A stretch of 64,000 bases of DNA from Oceanispirochaeta sp. (GCA_963666275.2 CAXXOA010000002.1:1696001-1760000), one strand, 5' to 3'; counted from the stretch's first letter, positions 37,836 to 48,551 are shown. Translations and numbers: made by a program. The notes: a model not told the origin generated them from the sequence alone.

Positions 37836-38519
37836 TTATTCGTCGTCGTCATCTTCCCACTGAACAGGGGGATTTTTGATTCCAAGGCGCCTGAGACGGC
37901 GTTTATCCTCTTCTTCTCTGGCAAGATCTTCCCGTTTCAGCCGTTCCAGACGTCGCATTTCCTCTTCCTGTTTCGCCAGTAGCCAGGGGGGAGCCGCTTC
38001 TTCGTTATCTTTGGATTTTACCTTGATTTTTCCGGGCAGTTTTGTTTTTTTCAGGACTGAGTTGCTGATGGCTTCCAGTTTGACTTTCGCACCTGTCAGG
38101 GATACCTCTGTCATATCGGCCCCTTCCAGGTCCGCATCTTCGAGGTTGCATTTTCCCATTCTGGCTTTGGTCAGATTGGCCTTTTTCAGAACCGCCTGCT
38201 TCAGAACGGCACCATTCAGATTGGCACTCAGCAGATTGGCACTGCTCAGGTCGGCCCTTTCCATATTGGCATTTTCAAGGGAGGCGTATCTCAGGTCCGC
38301 ATCCGCCAGATTGGCTCCGGTCAGATTGGCTCCGGACAGGTTAATCTCTTTCAGATTCAGTTTGGAAAGATTCACTCCCTTCAGATTGGCTTTGAAACGG
38401 GGGCCGTTCTGCTTATTGAACTTATTCCAGATGAGGATATTTTCCTCTTCCAGTGCACGAATAAGGACTTTTAACTGTCTCTCATTACCGGTAAATCCGG
38501 TTTGATCTCCTAGGGTCAT
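37836..38519 (-). CDS. Pentapeptide-repeat protein
   Basis: A(N/D)LxG tandem repeats and a charged C-terminal tail. Confidence 0.88.
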   Translation of the reverse strand: MTLGDQTGFTGNERQLKVLIRALEEENILIWNKFNKQNGPRFKANLKGVNLSKLNLKEINLSGANLTGANLADADLRYASLENANMERADLSSANLLSANLNGAVLKQAVLKKANLTKARMGKCNLEDADLEGADMTEVSLTGAKVKLEAISNSVLKKTKLPGKIKVKSKDNEEAAPPWLLAKQEEEMRRLERLKREDLAREEEDKRRLRRLGIKNPPVQWEDDDDE

Positions 38520-38695
38520 GAATTCCTTCTCTCGGGTAAGATTTTGATATGCATCAGATAATAGAGAATTTCTCCTTTAGATGCAATGTTTTATTCCCCC
38601 GGGGCAAACTTTTTTGGAAAATATCCCTTCCGGGGTCTGGCCAAGATCTTCTTAATTTATGAAAATGAACGTCAAAACGAAAAATTGAGGTTTAA

Positions 38696-39328
38696 ATGGA
38701 AGATATAAAAAACAGCATTTCTGCTGAATTTGTACTGAAGAGGCAGGATGGTTCTCTGGTAGACAGTTCTGATCACAGTGGTCCCATCAACTATATCGAG
38801 GGTCTCGGCATGATGATTCCCGGTATTGAAAAGGCTCTGAAGGGTCGCAGTGAAGGCGAGGAGTTTGATCTGGTTCTGGCTCCCGAGGATATGTACGGGC
38901 TCCGGGACGAAGAGAACATTCTGGAAGTTTCCACAGAAGATTTTCATGGCAAAGCCGATGAGCTTGAAACCGGAATGATCATCGAGGCCCACACCCAGGA
39001 AGGTCCCAAACTGATGACAGTTAAAGCCATCGAAGGAGAGAAGGTTATTCTGGATGCGAATCACCCTCTTGCGGGAATGGAACTGGCATTTTCAGGAAAA
39101 GTTACCAATTCCCGGCCTGCTTCCCAGGAAGAGATCGACAAGCTTACAAGAAAAGGCTGCGGATGCGGCGGTCACTCCCATGGTGATGATCATGAGTGCT
39201 GCGGCGGCCATTCCCACGGGGATGATCACGAGTGCTGCGGTGGCGGCCACTCCCATGATGATGATCATGAGTGCTGCGGCGGAAACGGCAGCAAGTCAGC
39301 TGAAGGCTGCGGATGCGGTAATCACTGA
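38696..39328 (+). CDS. slyD: FKBP-type PPIase SlyD with His/Cys-rich tail
   Basis: IPGIEKAL, LDANHPLAG, C-terminal GGHSH(G/D)DDHECC x3. Confidence 0.92.
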   Translation: MEDIKNSISAEFVLKRQDGSLVDSSDHSGPINYIEGLGMMIPGIEKALKGRSEGEEFDLVLAPEDMYGLRDEENILEVSTEDFHGKADELETGMIIEAHTQEGPKLMTVKAIEGEKVILDANHPLAGMELAFSGKVTNSRPASQEEIDKLTRKGCGCGGHSHGDDHECCGGHSHGDDHECCGGGHSHDDDHECCGGNGSKSAEGCGCGNH

Positions 39329-39342
39329 TCCTGAAAGGTCTT

Positions 39343-39380
39343 AAAAAAAACCGGCTTGATCACTCAAAGCCGGTTTTTTT
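39343..39380. terminator. Bidirectional intrinsic terminator
   Basis: A8-CCGGCTT/AAGCCGG-T7 between convergent genes. Confidence 0.85.
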
Positions 39381-39391
39381 ATCTCCAGTTA

Positions 39392-39658
39392 TTATTCCGT
39401 TTTTCCGGGACGCTTTGTGAGTCCCGATTTTACCGAGACTCCCGGGATCTTACCGAGTTTTCCTGTAAGCCCTCCCAGCTGGTCCGTAGTGGACTGGACA
39501 ATCAGGGTTATTACCGAAATCTGATCATTCTCCAGATGGGGCAGCCCCATCCGGCCGAGAATAATCTCACTGTACTCGGAGAGAACCTTCTGAACTTCCA
39601 GAGCATAGTTCTTTTTCTGTTCAATGGTTATGCCCACAAAACCATACCTTTTTTCCAC
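39392..39658 (-). CDS. TM1266-family (iron-only hydrogenase system putative regulator, ACT-like)
   Basis: ILGRMGLP...ISVITL...LTGKLGKIPGVSVKS. Confidence 0.82.
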   Translation of the reverse strand: MEKRYGFVGITIEQKKNYALEVQKVLSEYSEIILGRMGLPHLENDQISVITLIVQSTTDQLGGLTGKLGKIPGVSVKSGLTKRPGKTE

Positions 39659-39663
39659 AGCGC

Positions 39664-41505
39664 TTACTCCTCATCGGGAAGGACTCTGATAGCTCCCTTG
39701 TCTGCAGAGGATGCCAGAAGAGCGTAGGCTCTCAATGCCTGAGAAACCACTCTGTTTCTGCCGACAGGTTTATAGGCGTCTTTCCCTTTGGCTTCTTCCT
39801 CTTTCCGGCGGGATGCCAGCTCTTCATCGCTGATCATGACAGAAATGGATCTTTCAGGAATATTGATATCAATCATATCTCCGTCTCTGATCAGGGCAAT
39901 TTCTCCCCCCGATGCCGCTTCAGGCGAGACATGTCCTATGGAAAGACCCGATGTTCCTCCCGAAAAGCGACCGTCTGTGATCAGGGCGCACTCTTTTCCG
40001 AGGTGCATGGATTTCAGGTAGGAAGTGGGGTAGAGCATCTCCTGCATTCCCGGTCCCCCTTTGGGACCTTCGTAGCGGATAATGACCACATCGCCCGACT
40101 GGATTTCGCTTCCCAGAATGGCATCGCAGGCCGCATCCTGAGAGTAGAAAACCCGGGCGGGACCTGTAAAATGGAATATGGACTCATCCACACCGGCTGT
40201 TTTGACAATACAGCCGTTGCGGGCAATGTTTCCTGTCAGAACAGCCAGACCGCCCTCTTTTGTGTAGCAGTTTTCCATATCCCTGATGCATCCGGCGGCC
40301 CGATCGGTATCCAGTTCTCTGTAGTAGGATTCCTGGCCTCCCATGACCAGAAGGCGTCTGCCTCCGGGGGCGGAGCGGAAAAACTTTTTCACATCATCCG
40401 AGATCCCGTCGTTCATAATATCGTATTCGGCCAGAGCGGTTTCAAGGTTTTCGTTATCAACCCGGTTCACATCGGTTTTCAGCAGACCGCCCCGGTTGAG
40501 TTCGTTCAGAATCCCCATGATTCCTCCGGCTCTGTGTACATCCTCAATGTGGTATTTGGCCGAATTGGGGGAGACCTTGCACAGACAGGGAACCTGACGG
40601 GAAAGGTCATTGATCTGCTGCATTGTGAAGTCCACACCGGCAGCTCTGGCGACAGCCAGGATATGAAGAACCGTATTGGTAGAGCCTCCCATGGCGATAT
40701 CCAGGGTCATGGCGTTTTTAAAGGCATCCATTGTGGCTATGGAACGGGGAAGGACAGAATCATCTCCGTCGATGTAGTATTTATAGGTGTTTTTGACAAT
40801 GATTTCCGAAGCTTTTCTAAAGAGCTCCAGCCTGTTTTTATGGGTCGCCAGGACTGTTCCGTTGCCGGGAAGTCCCAGTCCCAGAGCCTCTACCAGGCAG
40901 TTCATGGAATTGGCTGTAAACATACCCGAACAGGAACCGCAGGTGGGACAGGCGCTTCTTTCTACCTGCTGAACCGTTTCGTCCGAAACAGTGGAGTCTG
41001 CTCCCATCACCATGGCATCGACAAGATCGTAGCCTTTTTCTCCCACCCGGCCCGCTTCCATGGGGCCTCCGGAAACAAATATGGCGGGGATGTTCAGCCG
41101 CATGGCGGCAATAAGCATACCCGGGGTGATTTTATCGCAGTTGCTTATACAGATCATGGCATCTGCTTTATGGGCGTTGCACATGTATTCGACACTGTCG
41201 GCAATTACCTCTCGGGAAGGCAGTGAGTAGAGCATCCCGGAATGACCCATGGCGATGCCATCGTCAATGGCTATGGTATTGAACTCGGCGGCAAAGCATC
41301 CCAGTTCCTCTATCTGTTTTTTTACTAGCTGACCTGTTTCGTGCAGGTGGACATGTCCGGGCACAAACTGGGTAAAAGAGTTGACCACCGCAATAACAGG
41401 CTTATCCATCTGTTCTTCGGTCATGCCGTTTGCCCGCCACAGGCTTCTGGCTCCGGCCATTCTTCTTCCGTCTTTTGTTTCGGAACTGCGCCATCTTTTT
41501 CCCAT
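39664..41505 (-). CDS. ilvD: Dihydroxy-acid dehydratase
   Basis: [58 protein letters not shown]. Confidence 0.97.
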   Translation of the reverse strand: MGKRWRSSETKDGRRMAGARSLWRANGMTEEQMDKPVIAVVNSFTQFVPGHVHLHETGQLVKKQIEELGCFAAEFNTIAIDDGIAMGHSGMLYSLPSREVIADSVEYMCNAHKADAMICISNCDKITPGMLIAAMRLNIPAIFVSGGPMEAGRVGEKGYDLVDAMVMGADSTVSDETVQQVERSACPTCGSCSGMFTANSMNCLVEALGLGLPGNGTVLATHKNRLELFRKASEIIVKNTYKYYIDGDDSVLPRSIATMDAFKNAMTLDIAMGGSTNTVLHILAVARAAGVDFTMQQINDLSRQVPCLCKVSPNSAKYHIEDVHRAGGIMGILNELNRGGLLKTDVNRVDNENLETALAEYDIMNDGISDDVKKFFRSAPGGRRLLVMGGQESYYRELDTDRAAGCIRDMENCYTKEGGLAVLTGNIARNGCIVKTAGVDESIFHFTGPARVFYSQDAACDAILGSEIQSGDVVIIRYEGPKGGPGMQEMLYPTSYLKSMHLGKECALITDGRFSGGTSGLSIGHVSPEAASGGEIALIRDGDMIDINIPERSISVMISDEELASRRKEEEAKGKDAYKPVGRNRVVSQALRAYALLASSADKGAIRVLPDEE

Positions 41506-41648
41506 ATTGATCCTCCGGATATAGAAACTATTTTTTTCCAAGATTTCAGTTTTATGAACCTACAGTATAATCTCTTGGGGGGAGATTGCAATATACTGTC
41601 TGGTGATATAAAAAAAATAACCTGTTGCTCATATCGCAACAGGTTGGA

Positions 41649-42497
41649 TCAGGCTTTAGATTTCGAAGAGAGAAGCAGATCCAGGGCTCCGTGGCTCCGG
41701 TTCAAGCCTTCGGTAACGGATTCACTGTCTTTGACAAGGTTTCTGACTTCCAGAAGGCTCTCCATTCCAAAGTTCAGTGCCGTACTCTGCTCCTGTATCG
41801 AGTGAAGAATCTCCGTTACGATCTGTACCGACTGGTCCGCCGCAACCGAATTGTCCTGAAAGGTCTCTTCCACCCTGTTCAGATAGGTCTCAAAGCTCTG
41901 CATATTGGTCATGAATGACTCCATCTGCTTGTTGACCCCTTCGATGATTTTAAAGAACATCCCGATACTGCCTGTGATCTGGTCGGCAAACTCATGGGTC
42001 TGGGATGCCAGATTCCGCACTTCTCCGGCGATTATCCGGAAACCGTTTCCCGCTTCACCGGCTCTGGCAGCCTCTATGGAGGCATTGATGGCCAGAATGT
42101 TGGTAGTATCCGCTACATTCTGAATCTGATGGGACATCTCCTGAATATGGGAGGATCTCACATTGAGCTCTTTGATCTGTTTCTGTATTGTTTTTCCGGA
42201 CTGGCTGGTTTCATCCAGCATGGAAACACTGGATTTGATTTCTGAACTGACTGTTTGATTCCGTTCCAGAAGTTTGTCCATGGCGGCATCAATATCTTTG
42301 GTATAAGATGCGGAATTGGCAGAGGTAGATCTGATCTCTTCAAAAGCGCTGAGAACATCTTCCAGGGCTCCGGAAATATTGTGCATGTTTTCGCTGATGA
42401 TATTCATGGCATTACCGGACACCGTATTGAGAACAATACCCTTGTTGTATCCGATCACGAATTTATCCAGCAGATCCTTCATATCTTTCTGTGTCAT
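41649..42497 (-). CDS. Soluble methyl-accepting chemotaxis protein (no TM, no sensor domain)
   Basis: TNILAINASIEAARAGEAGNGFRIIAGEVRNLA hairpin. Confidence 0.92.
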   Translation of the reverse strand: MTQKDMKDLLDKFVIGYNKGIVLNTVSGNAMNIISENMHNISGALEDVLSAFEEIRSTSANSASYTKDIDAAMDKLLERNQTVSSEIKSSVSMLDETSQSGKTIQKQIKELNVRSSHIQEMSHQIQNVADTTNILAINASIEAARAGEAGNGFRIIAGEVRNLASQTHEFADQITGSIGMFFKIIEGVNKQMESFMTNMQSFETYLNRVEETFQDNSVAADQSVQIVTEILHSIQEQSTALNFGMESLLEVRNLVKDSESVTEGLNRSHGALDLLLSSKSKA

Positions 42498-42500
42498 GGA

Positions 42501-43274
42501 TCAGACTCCTTTGTAGAGCGAGTCCAGCAGATCTATACCGCATTCCAGATTGGAAATCCAATCAAGGAAGAGAGACACATTCCCTTCGGAAAAGAGCCGT
42601 CCGTGCTGGGGGGCTATGATGAGTGGATTCTGCTTTTTCACCATAGAGGCCCAGCGGGAGGTGGCTTTCCGGGAAGTCATATACCGGGTATGAAAGCCTT
42701 CCAGGGGGGGCAGGTGTGTTTTGAAGTCCTCTACAAACAGAGTCTCTGCCGAGTACTGGATATCTGCAGCACCCACATCGCCGGAAAAGAGAATCCGTGA
42801 AACAGGATCCATCAGGCAGTAGCAGCCGACGGAATGGAGAAAGTGGGAAGGCAGTACCTTCAGTGATGCTCCGCCCAGGGGGATATCCATAGTGGGATTG
42901 CTGATGGGGATAATCCTTTTATTGTCGATAAGACCGAAATGGGGGAGGAACCGTACCCATAGCTCGGAAATATAGATCCTGGCTTTTGTCACACCCAGCC
43001 ACAGGGCAATCCCGGAGGAGACATCCGGATCCTGGTGGGAAAAGAATATGGCATCAATATTGTCCAGATTGATAAACCGGCTGGCTACGGAGACCACCCG
43101 GGAAAAAAGATGGAGTCCGCCCGGATCCAGAAGGATTCCCCGCCCCTTATTAATGATAAGGAACTGATTGGTCATGATGACGCCGGTATCCTCTTTTTCA
43201 TCGGCTCCCAGCCATATAAACTGGTGATCACCTTCTTCATATAGAACTTTTCCGTAAGAGTTGGTTGTGCTCAT
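42501..43274 (-). CDS. Oxygen-binding di-iron protein ODP (MBL fold)
   Basis: NQFLI, DPGG, SHQDPD, HFLHS, SGDVG, IAPQHG; 3 nt from the soluble MCP. Confidence 0.85.
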   Translation of the reverse strand: MSTTNSYGKVLYEEGDHQFIWLGADEKEDTGVIMTNQFLIINKGRGILLDPGGLHLFSRVVSVASRFINLDNIDAIFFSHQDPDVSSGIALWLGVTKARIYISELWVRFLPHFGLIDNKRIIPISNPTMDIPLGGASLKVLPSHFLHSVGCYCLMDPVSRILFSGDVGAADIQYSAETLFVEDFKTHLPPLEGFHTRYMTSRKATSRWASMVKKQNPLIIAPQHGRLFSEGNVSLFLDWISNLECGIDLLDSLYKGV

Positions 43275-43424
43275 TCTTGGATCCTCGGTTAAACTTTTAA
43301 TTATATATTACATAATCAGAATTATTTTACCTGTTTCTTTTCGGTTAGAAAAGGCTTAATTAGTATATGATCAATTGAATATATTGTACAATAAGAAAAA
43401 TCATAGAACGGTTGAGAGGTAAAA

Positions 43425-43886
43425 ATGAAGAAAACAATAGCTCTTGTCGCCCATGACAATAGAAAAGAAGATCTTATAGAGTGGGTGGAGTGGAATCATA
43501 AAGTTCTTATTAAAAACCGCCTGGTCTGCACAGGAACCACCGGAAAACTAGTAGAGAAGGCTATAAACAAGAAGTTCGGTCTTACAGATGACGGCGGTAT
43601 AGATATTGTCAAACTGAAATCCGGTCCCCTGGGAGGAGATCAGCAGCTGGGTGCCATGATCTGCGAGAATCAGGTGGATATGGTTATTTTTCTCTGGGAT
43701 CCCATGGAACCCCAGCCCCATGATGTGGATGTGAAAGCTCTGCTGAGAATTTCAGTCCTCTACAATGTTCCCATTGCCAATAACAGAGCCACCGCGGATT
43801 ATCTGATCTCTTCCCCTCTGTTTTCCGGCAAAGAGTATGAACCGATCATCAAGGACTATTCAGGCTATATCAACAGAAAGGTATGA
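43425..43886 (+). CDS. mgsA: Methylglyoxal synthase
   Basis: IALVAHD, TGTTG, SGPLGGDQQLG, PHDVDVKAL. Confidence 0.96.
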   Translation: MKKTIALVAHDNRKEDLIEWVEWNHKVLIKNRLVCTGTTGKLVEKAINKKFGLTDDGGIDIVKLKSGPLGGDQQLGAMICENQVDMVIFLWDPMEPQPHDVDVKALLRISVLYNVPIANNRATADYLISSPLFSGKEYEPIIKDYSGYINRKV

Positions 43887-43889
43887 CAG

Positions 43890-44576
43890 ATGAAGCAGCA
43901 TGACCTGGTGAGTCTTTCCGAGTGCGGTCTTTTTCAGTCTGTGGATATTCTGGATCTGAAGGCCTTCTTCAGGGACCGGAACTGGGATTGCCGCCGCTTT
44001 GAGCCCGGTGAGATTCCCCTCAGGCAGGGGGACTTATATAACTCCCTTATGATCCTTTTGAGGGGGAAGGTTTCCACAGCTATGACGGCCCCTAATGGAA
44101 AAGTTGTCCGCCTGGAAACTCTTCAGGGGCCTGCTGCAGTAGGAACAGCTGTGCTTTTCTCGGGCCAGAAATCTCTGCCCGTTTCTCTGGAAGTTGTGGA
44201 ATCCTCGGACTGCCTGTTCCTCCCGGAGAAGACTGTTATGGAGCTGATGCATGAATTTCCCTCTTTTCTGAAAGCCTATCTGGCAGATAACGGGGACAGG
44301 CTCCTTCTCCTGGCAGAAAAAATAAGGCTTTTTCAGTTTAAGTCGCTGAGACAGAAAATCGTGAGTCACCTGCTGGTTCAGGCAGACAGACAGCACTCCG
44401 ATGAGTTTTCCCTCATCTACACCCGGGAAGATCTTTCCCAGCTCATGGGAGTGGCAAGGCCCTCCCTATCCCGGGAGTTTTCAGCCCTTGTAAAAGAGGG
44501 GCTTATCTCATCCAGGGGAAAATCTGTAACAATACTGAATCGAAAGGGATTGCTGAGAGCTCTTCAGGAAGAATAG
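43890..44576 (+). CDS. Crp/Fnr-family regulator (HcpR-like)
   Basis: cNMP-binding fold plus HTH TREDLSQLMGVARPSLSREF; near hcp. Confidence 0.85.
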   Translation: MKQHDLVSLSECGLFQSVDILDLKAFFRDRNWDCRRFEPGEIPLRQGDLYNSLMILLRGKVSTAMTAPNGKVVRLETLQGPAAVGTAVLFSGQKSLPVSLEVVESSDCLFLPEKTVMELMHEFPSFLKAYLADNGDRLLLLAEKIRLFQFKSLRQKIVSHLLVQADRQHSDEFSLIYTREDLSQLMGVARPSLSREFSALVKEGLISSRGKSVTILNRKGLLRALQEE

Positions 44577-44595
44577 ATCTATTGAAATAAAGAAT

Positions 44596-44633
44596 TTCTC
44601 CCCTTCGTCTTTAGGATCTGGCGGAGGGGAGAA
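44596..44633. terminator. Stem-loop between convergent genes
   Basis: TTCTCCCCTTCG/CGGAGGGGAGAA. Confidence 0.6.
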
Positions 44634-44645
44634 GAAAGGGCTGAT

Positions 44646-45623
44646 TTAGAGCTGGAGCCTTACATTGCTTGTGAGGCCCATGGTTCCTGTGGCCAGGCCG
44701 TAATTGAGGCCGAAGTCCACTTTTACAAGGGGAAAGTTCAGTCCCACGCCGCCGAAGAGCCGCAGAGCTCCTCCGTTGACATCGGAGTTGACCAGAACAC
44801 CTTCGTCATCGATGGAGACGCCGGTCAGATCTTCCAGCTGATCTATCTGGGCATCTGTTATTGTTACATTGTCCACTGAAACAGTTCCGTTGGTTATACC
44901 GCCACCTGCTGAGGTAAGACCATAGGAGTATCCCATTCCGGCAGAAAGGTTCAGGAGCAGCAGTTTCTTGCTGGCCTGTACTTTAAAATCAAATACATTG
45001 GCGCTCCAGTCAAAGAGCATATCCGTATCGCTGACAACAAGTTCGTTTCCGATGGCTCCAGAGGCATAACCGGAAATGTCCATTGTCTGGTCATCGATAG
45101 GGGCGGATATGGATCCGCTCATATGAGTATAGCCTACTCCCACGGAGAGTTCGGGGAGGAGAGGATTCCCTTCGATCACCGCATATCGGATATCACCGCC
45201 GAACATGCTGTAGCTCATGGTAATATCCATCATATCCCTTGGATTGAGAACGCCCACTTTGAGGCCCACGTCCATAGGAAGGATGGGAACTCCGATCCGG
45301 CCGTCAATAGAGTACATGGGCATGGGAATACCGATTCCGGGCATATCGTCCAGTGTATCGTCTCCGGTCAGGTCGTAAACATCTTCAAAGGCTTTCATGG
45401 GAATGAAAACGGCCCCTGTGGTGAGTCCCACACCGAAGCGGGGGAACATCCCCATATAGGCATCGTTCCAGTTCAGTCCCATCCCGGCCATCATAGGCAG
45501 GGCCTGGGCGGTTTCATCTGCAAATGATTTGAAACTGTCTTCTATCTGATCAATATCATAATCCTGTGCACTGATAGTAAAGGCTAAAAGCATCAGCAGA
45601 AAAATTAAACCAAATTTTTTCAT
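44646..45623 (-). CDS. Exported protein, probable outer-membrane beta-barrel
   Basis: Signal peptide ISA-Q; Gly-rich alternating strands; acidic. Confidence 0.65.
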   Translation of the reverse strand: MKKFGLIFLLMLLAFTISAQDYDIDQIEDSFKSFADETAQALPMMAGMGLNWNDAYMGMFPRFGVGLTTGAVFIPMKAFEDVYDLTGDDTLDDMPGIGIPMPMYSIDGRIGVPILPMDVGLKVGVLNPRDMMDITMSYSMFGGDIRYAVIEGNPLLPELSVGVGYTHMSGSISAPIDDQTMDISGYASGAIGNELVVSDTDMLFDWSANVFDFKVQASKKLLLLNLSAGMGYSYGLTSAGGGITNGTVSVDNVTITDAQIDQLEDLTGVSIDDEGVLVNSDVNGGALRLFGGVGLNFPLVKVDFGLNYGLATGTMGLTSNVRLQL

Positions 45624-45745
45624 AGTAAATCTCCCGTTTTAAATTGTTTATTAAAATCTACTACAAAATGAACTGAATTTCCCGGTTTTTCCTCTTTTTC
45701 AGCTTTAAGTCCCTATTTTGTGCCTTTCGGCCTATCATGTAAAAC

Positions 45746-45778
45746 AAAAAAACCGGGGCCTCGTCTCATGGCCCCGGT
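45746..45778 (-). terminator. Intrinsic terminator after hcp
   Basis: ACCGGGGCC/GGCCCCGGT plus an A-run (U-tail on minus). Confidence 0.75.
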
Positions 45779-45834
45779 CTTATACTTCCCCTCAGAACAG
45801 TGAGGGGGAAGGGCTGGGCGATCTTTTTATCCGG

Positions 45835-47469
45835 TTAGGCACCCATAAAAAGTTTTATATCATCCTCGACTTCGCCGATTCCGGCGATTCCGAAATTTTC
45901 CACCAGTACCTTCGCCACAGCCGGAGAAAGGAAGGCCGGAAGGGTCGGACCCAGGTGGATATCTTTCACACCCAGGAAGAGAAGGGCCAGAAGAACAATG
46001 ACGGCTTTCTGCTCATACCAGGCGATGTTGTAGCTGATAGGCAGATCGTTGATGTCATTCAGTTCAAAAACCTCTTTCAGTTTCAGAGCTGTCACGGCAA
46101 GAGAATAGGAGTCGTTACACTGACCGGCATCCAGAACCCGGGGGATTCCGCCGATGTCTCCCAGGGGAAGCTTGTTGTATCTGTATTTGGCGCATCCCGC
46201 AGTGAGAATCACAGTGTCCGAAGGCAACTGCTGAGCGAACTCTGTATAGTAATCCCGGCCCTTCATCCTGCCGTCGCATCCGGCCATAACAAAAAAGCGT
46301 TTGATCGCACCGGATTTCACTGCATCCACCACTTTGTCAGCCAGGGCCAGAACCTGATTGTGGGCAAATCCGCCAACAATCGTGCCTGTTTCAATCTCCA
46401 CGGGAGATTCGCATTTTTTCGCATGTTCGATCACAGCGGAAAAGTCTTTTTCCCCGCTTCCCTCTATATGTTTCACCCCGGGGAATCCGGCCGCCCCGGT
46501 GGTGTACATCCTCTCCCTGTAGGACTCTCTGGGAGGAGTAATGCAGTTGGTAGTCATCAGGATCGGGCCATTGAAGGAGTCAAACTCTTTGTCCTGTTTC
46601 CACCAGGCGTTGCCGTAGTTTCCCACAAAGTGATCGTATTTTTTAAAGGCGGGATAGTAGTTGGCCGGAAGCATCTCGCTGTGGGTATAAACGTCCACGC
46701 CGGTCCCCTCTGTCTGTTTCAGCAGGCTTTCCATATCTTTCAGATCGTGTCCGGAAATCAGGATGCCCGGATTGCTGCGGACCCCGATATTCACTTCGGT
46801 GATTTCAGGATTACCGTAGGCTTCGGTATTGGCTTTATCCAGAACGGCCATAACGGAAACGCCTTTTTCTCCTGTTTCCAGAGTCAGGGCTACCAGTTCA
46901 TCCGCGCTCAGGCTGTCATCCAGTGTGGCTGCCAGGGCTTTGTAGAGGAACCGGAGAACCGACTCATCCTGCTGTGCCAGGTGATCCGCATGGTAGGCAT
47001 AGGCGGCCATCCCTTTGAGTCCGTAGATAATCAGCTCTCTCAGAGAACGGACATCTTCGTTTTCTGTTGCCAGAACGCCCACTGTTTCGGCTTTCTGCTG
47101 CATAGCTGTTCCGGTCAGGGCTGTGAACTGTGCCGCATCATGAAGTTCTGACGGAACCAGATCTCCCAGGTCTTTTTTCAGTTTGTCCCTCAGAGAGATG
47201 GTTTCAATAATGGTCTTTACAAAGGCTGCGTCATCAAAATTGGCATTGGTTATGGTCATGAAAAGACCGCGCATCAGAGCCTGGTCTGCTTCAGGCAGGG
47301 CCTGTCCCTGCGCTCTGGCGGGGCCGGCTACCTGAGCCAGTCCTTTCAGTGTATATATGAGAAGATCCTGCAGGGCAGACGTTTCGGGCTGCTTACCGCA
47401 GACGCCCCGTACTTCGCATCCTGTTCCTTTTGCTGCCTCCTGGCACTGAAAACAAAACATATTCATCAT
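45835..47469 (-). CDS. hcp: Hybrid cluster protein (hydroxylamine/NO reductase)
   Basis: [51 protein letters not shown]. Confidence 0.97.
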   Translation of the reverse strand: MMNMFCFQCQEAAKGTGCEVRGVCGKQPETSALQDLLIYTLKGLAQVAGPARAQGQALPEADQALMRGLFMTITNANFDDAAFVKTIIETISLRDKLKKDLGDLVPSELHDAAQFTALTGTAMQQKAETVGVLATENEDVRSLRELIIYGLKGMAAYAYHADHLAQQDESVLRFLYKALAATLDDSLSADELVALTLETGEKGVSVMAVLDKANTEAYGNPEITEVNIGVRSNPGILISGHDLKDMESLLKQTEGTGVDVYTHSEMLPANYYPAFKKYDHFVGNYGNAWWKQDKEFDSFNGPILMTTNCITPPRESYRERMYTTGAAGFPGVKHIEGSGEKDFSAVIEHAKKCESPVEIETGTIVGGFAHNQVLALADKVVDAVKSGAIKRFFVMAGCDGRMKGRDYYTEFAQQLPSDTVILTAGCAKYRYNKLPLGDIGGIPRVLDAGQCNDSYSLAVTALKLKEVFELNDINDLPISYNIAWYEQKAVIVLLALLFLGVKDIHLGPTLPAFLSPAVAKVLVENFGIAGIGEVEDDIKLFMGA

Positions 47470-47564
47470 AAACTCCTTATTGTCAGGATCTCCCCGGAAA
47501 AACCGATAATCCTTATTGATTTGCTAGGTTATGATCTGAGTATAGGGGGGGGCGGAAAATCTTT

Positions 47565-47582
47565 CCGTAACCTATGTTACAT
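47565..47582 (-). promoter_or_regulatory. HcpR-type operator upstream of hcp
   Basis: GTAAC-N4-GTTAC palindrome (ccGTAACctatGTTACat) ~100 bp upstream of hcp. Confidence 0.7.
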
Positions 47583-47715
47583 AAACAGGTAATTCTGTAC
47601 CGAAATATTTGTTAAAGGATCCGGAGGGGAAATTCCGGCTGTTCTTCTGTCTCTTCCTGACAATCCTGGTTTTTCCATGGTGGTCATGAGACGGGAAAGG
47701 AGCTAGAATACTCCT

Positions 47716-48551
47716 ATGAAAACCAATTACCACACCCATTGTTCTCTCTGCGACGGCATTGCCGATCCCGAAACTGTTGTTCTCAAGGCTATTGAAAAAG
47801 GATTCCATATCCTGGGATTTTCCTCCCATTCTCCTCTGGAAGGTGAGGAATGGACCCTGTCTGTTGACGGCGTGGAAGAGTATGTGAGGCAGATCAGCAC
47901 CCTGAAGGAGACCTACAGGGACAGGATTACCCTGCTTGTGGGTATGGAAAGGGATTTTCTGCCTGCTGATCCTGTCTGGCCCGTCAGAGAGTGGAAAGGG
48001 ATCAAGCTGGATTATGTGATCGGTTCGGTTCATGCCACTGGGTGGAGGCTGAAAAGAGATTCTACAGCGTAGACGGTCCTGAAGAGGAAGTTTCCTATCT
48101 TATCGATACTGTATACAGCGGTGATCCCCGGAAAATGGTGGAAGCCTATTACGATGCCCTGGCTCTGATGGTCTCCAGGGAGACTATGGATTTCGTGGGA
48201 CATCTGGATGTAGTGAAGAAACGGAACCGGTCCATGGGATTTCTCAATGAGGAAGATTCCTGGTACATTGAAAAAGTGGAAGAGGTTCTCGATCTTATTG
48301 CGGAAAAAGGACTGCGTATCGAGATCAATACAGGAGGAATCTCCCGGGGAGCCACCGATGATTTCTATCCCTCCCGGTCCATTCTGGCGCGTTGTCATAA
48401 AAAGGGGATTCCCATCGTGATCAACAGCGACTCCCATGACCCGGAGCATCTGGACGGAGAGTTCCCCCTGGCGGCGGAGGCGGCAAAAAACGCCGGCTAC
48501 AGAGAGCACTGGATTCTGGACAGGGAAGGTTGGAGAGCTATCCCTCTGTAA
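47716..48551 (+). pseudogene. PHP-family histidinol-phosphatase (HisJ/HisK), split by a frameshift
   Basis: N-half has NYHTH, GFSSHSP, GMERD, DYVIGSVH; C-half in another frame has GHLD, EINTG, INSDSH; switch near 48034-48037. Confidence 0.85.

Noticed and set aside
37876..38505. Repetitive plus-strand ORF (RLA repeats)
   Set aside because: Antisense mirror of the pentapeptide-repeat gene
45718..47151. 477-aa ORF opposite hcp (likewise 8139-9164, 23612-24664, 39931-41226, 49520-50542, 57246-58223, 61892-63100)
   Set aside because: Shadow ORFs on the antisense strand of well-supported genes; expected from codon bias
48030..48072. Programmed frameshift or stop readthrough in the histidinol phosphatase
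   Set aside because: No slippery sequence or stimulatory structure seen; the downstream half is in a different frame, so readthrough cannot explain it
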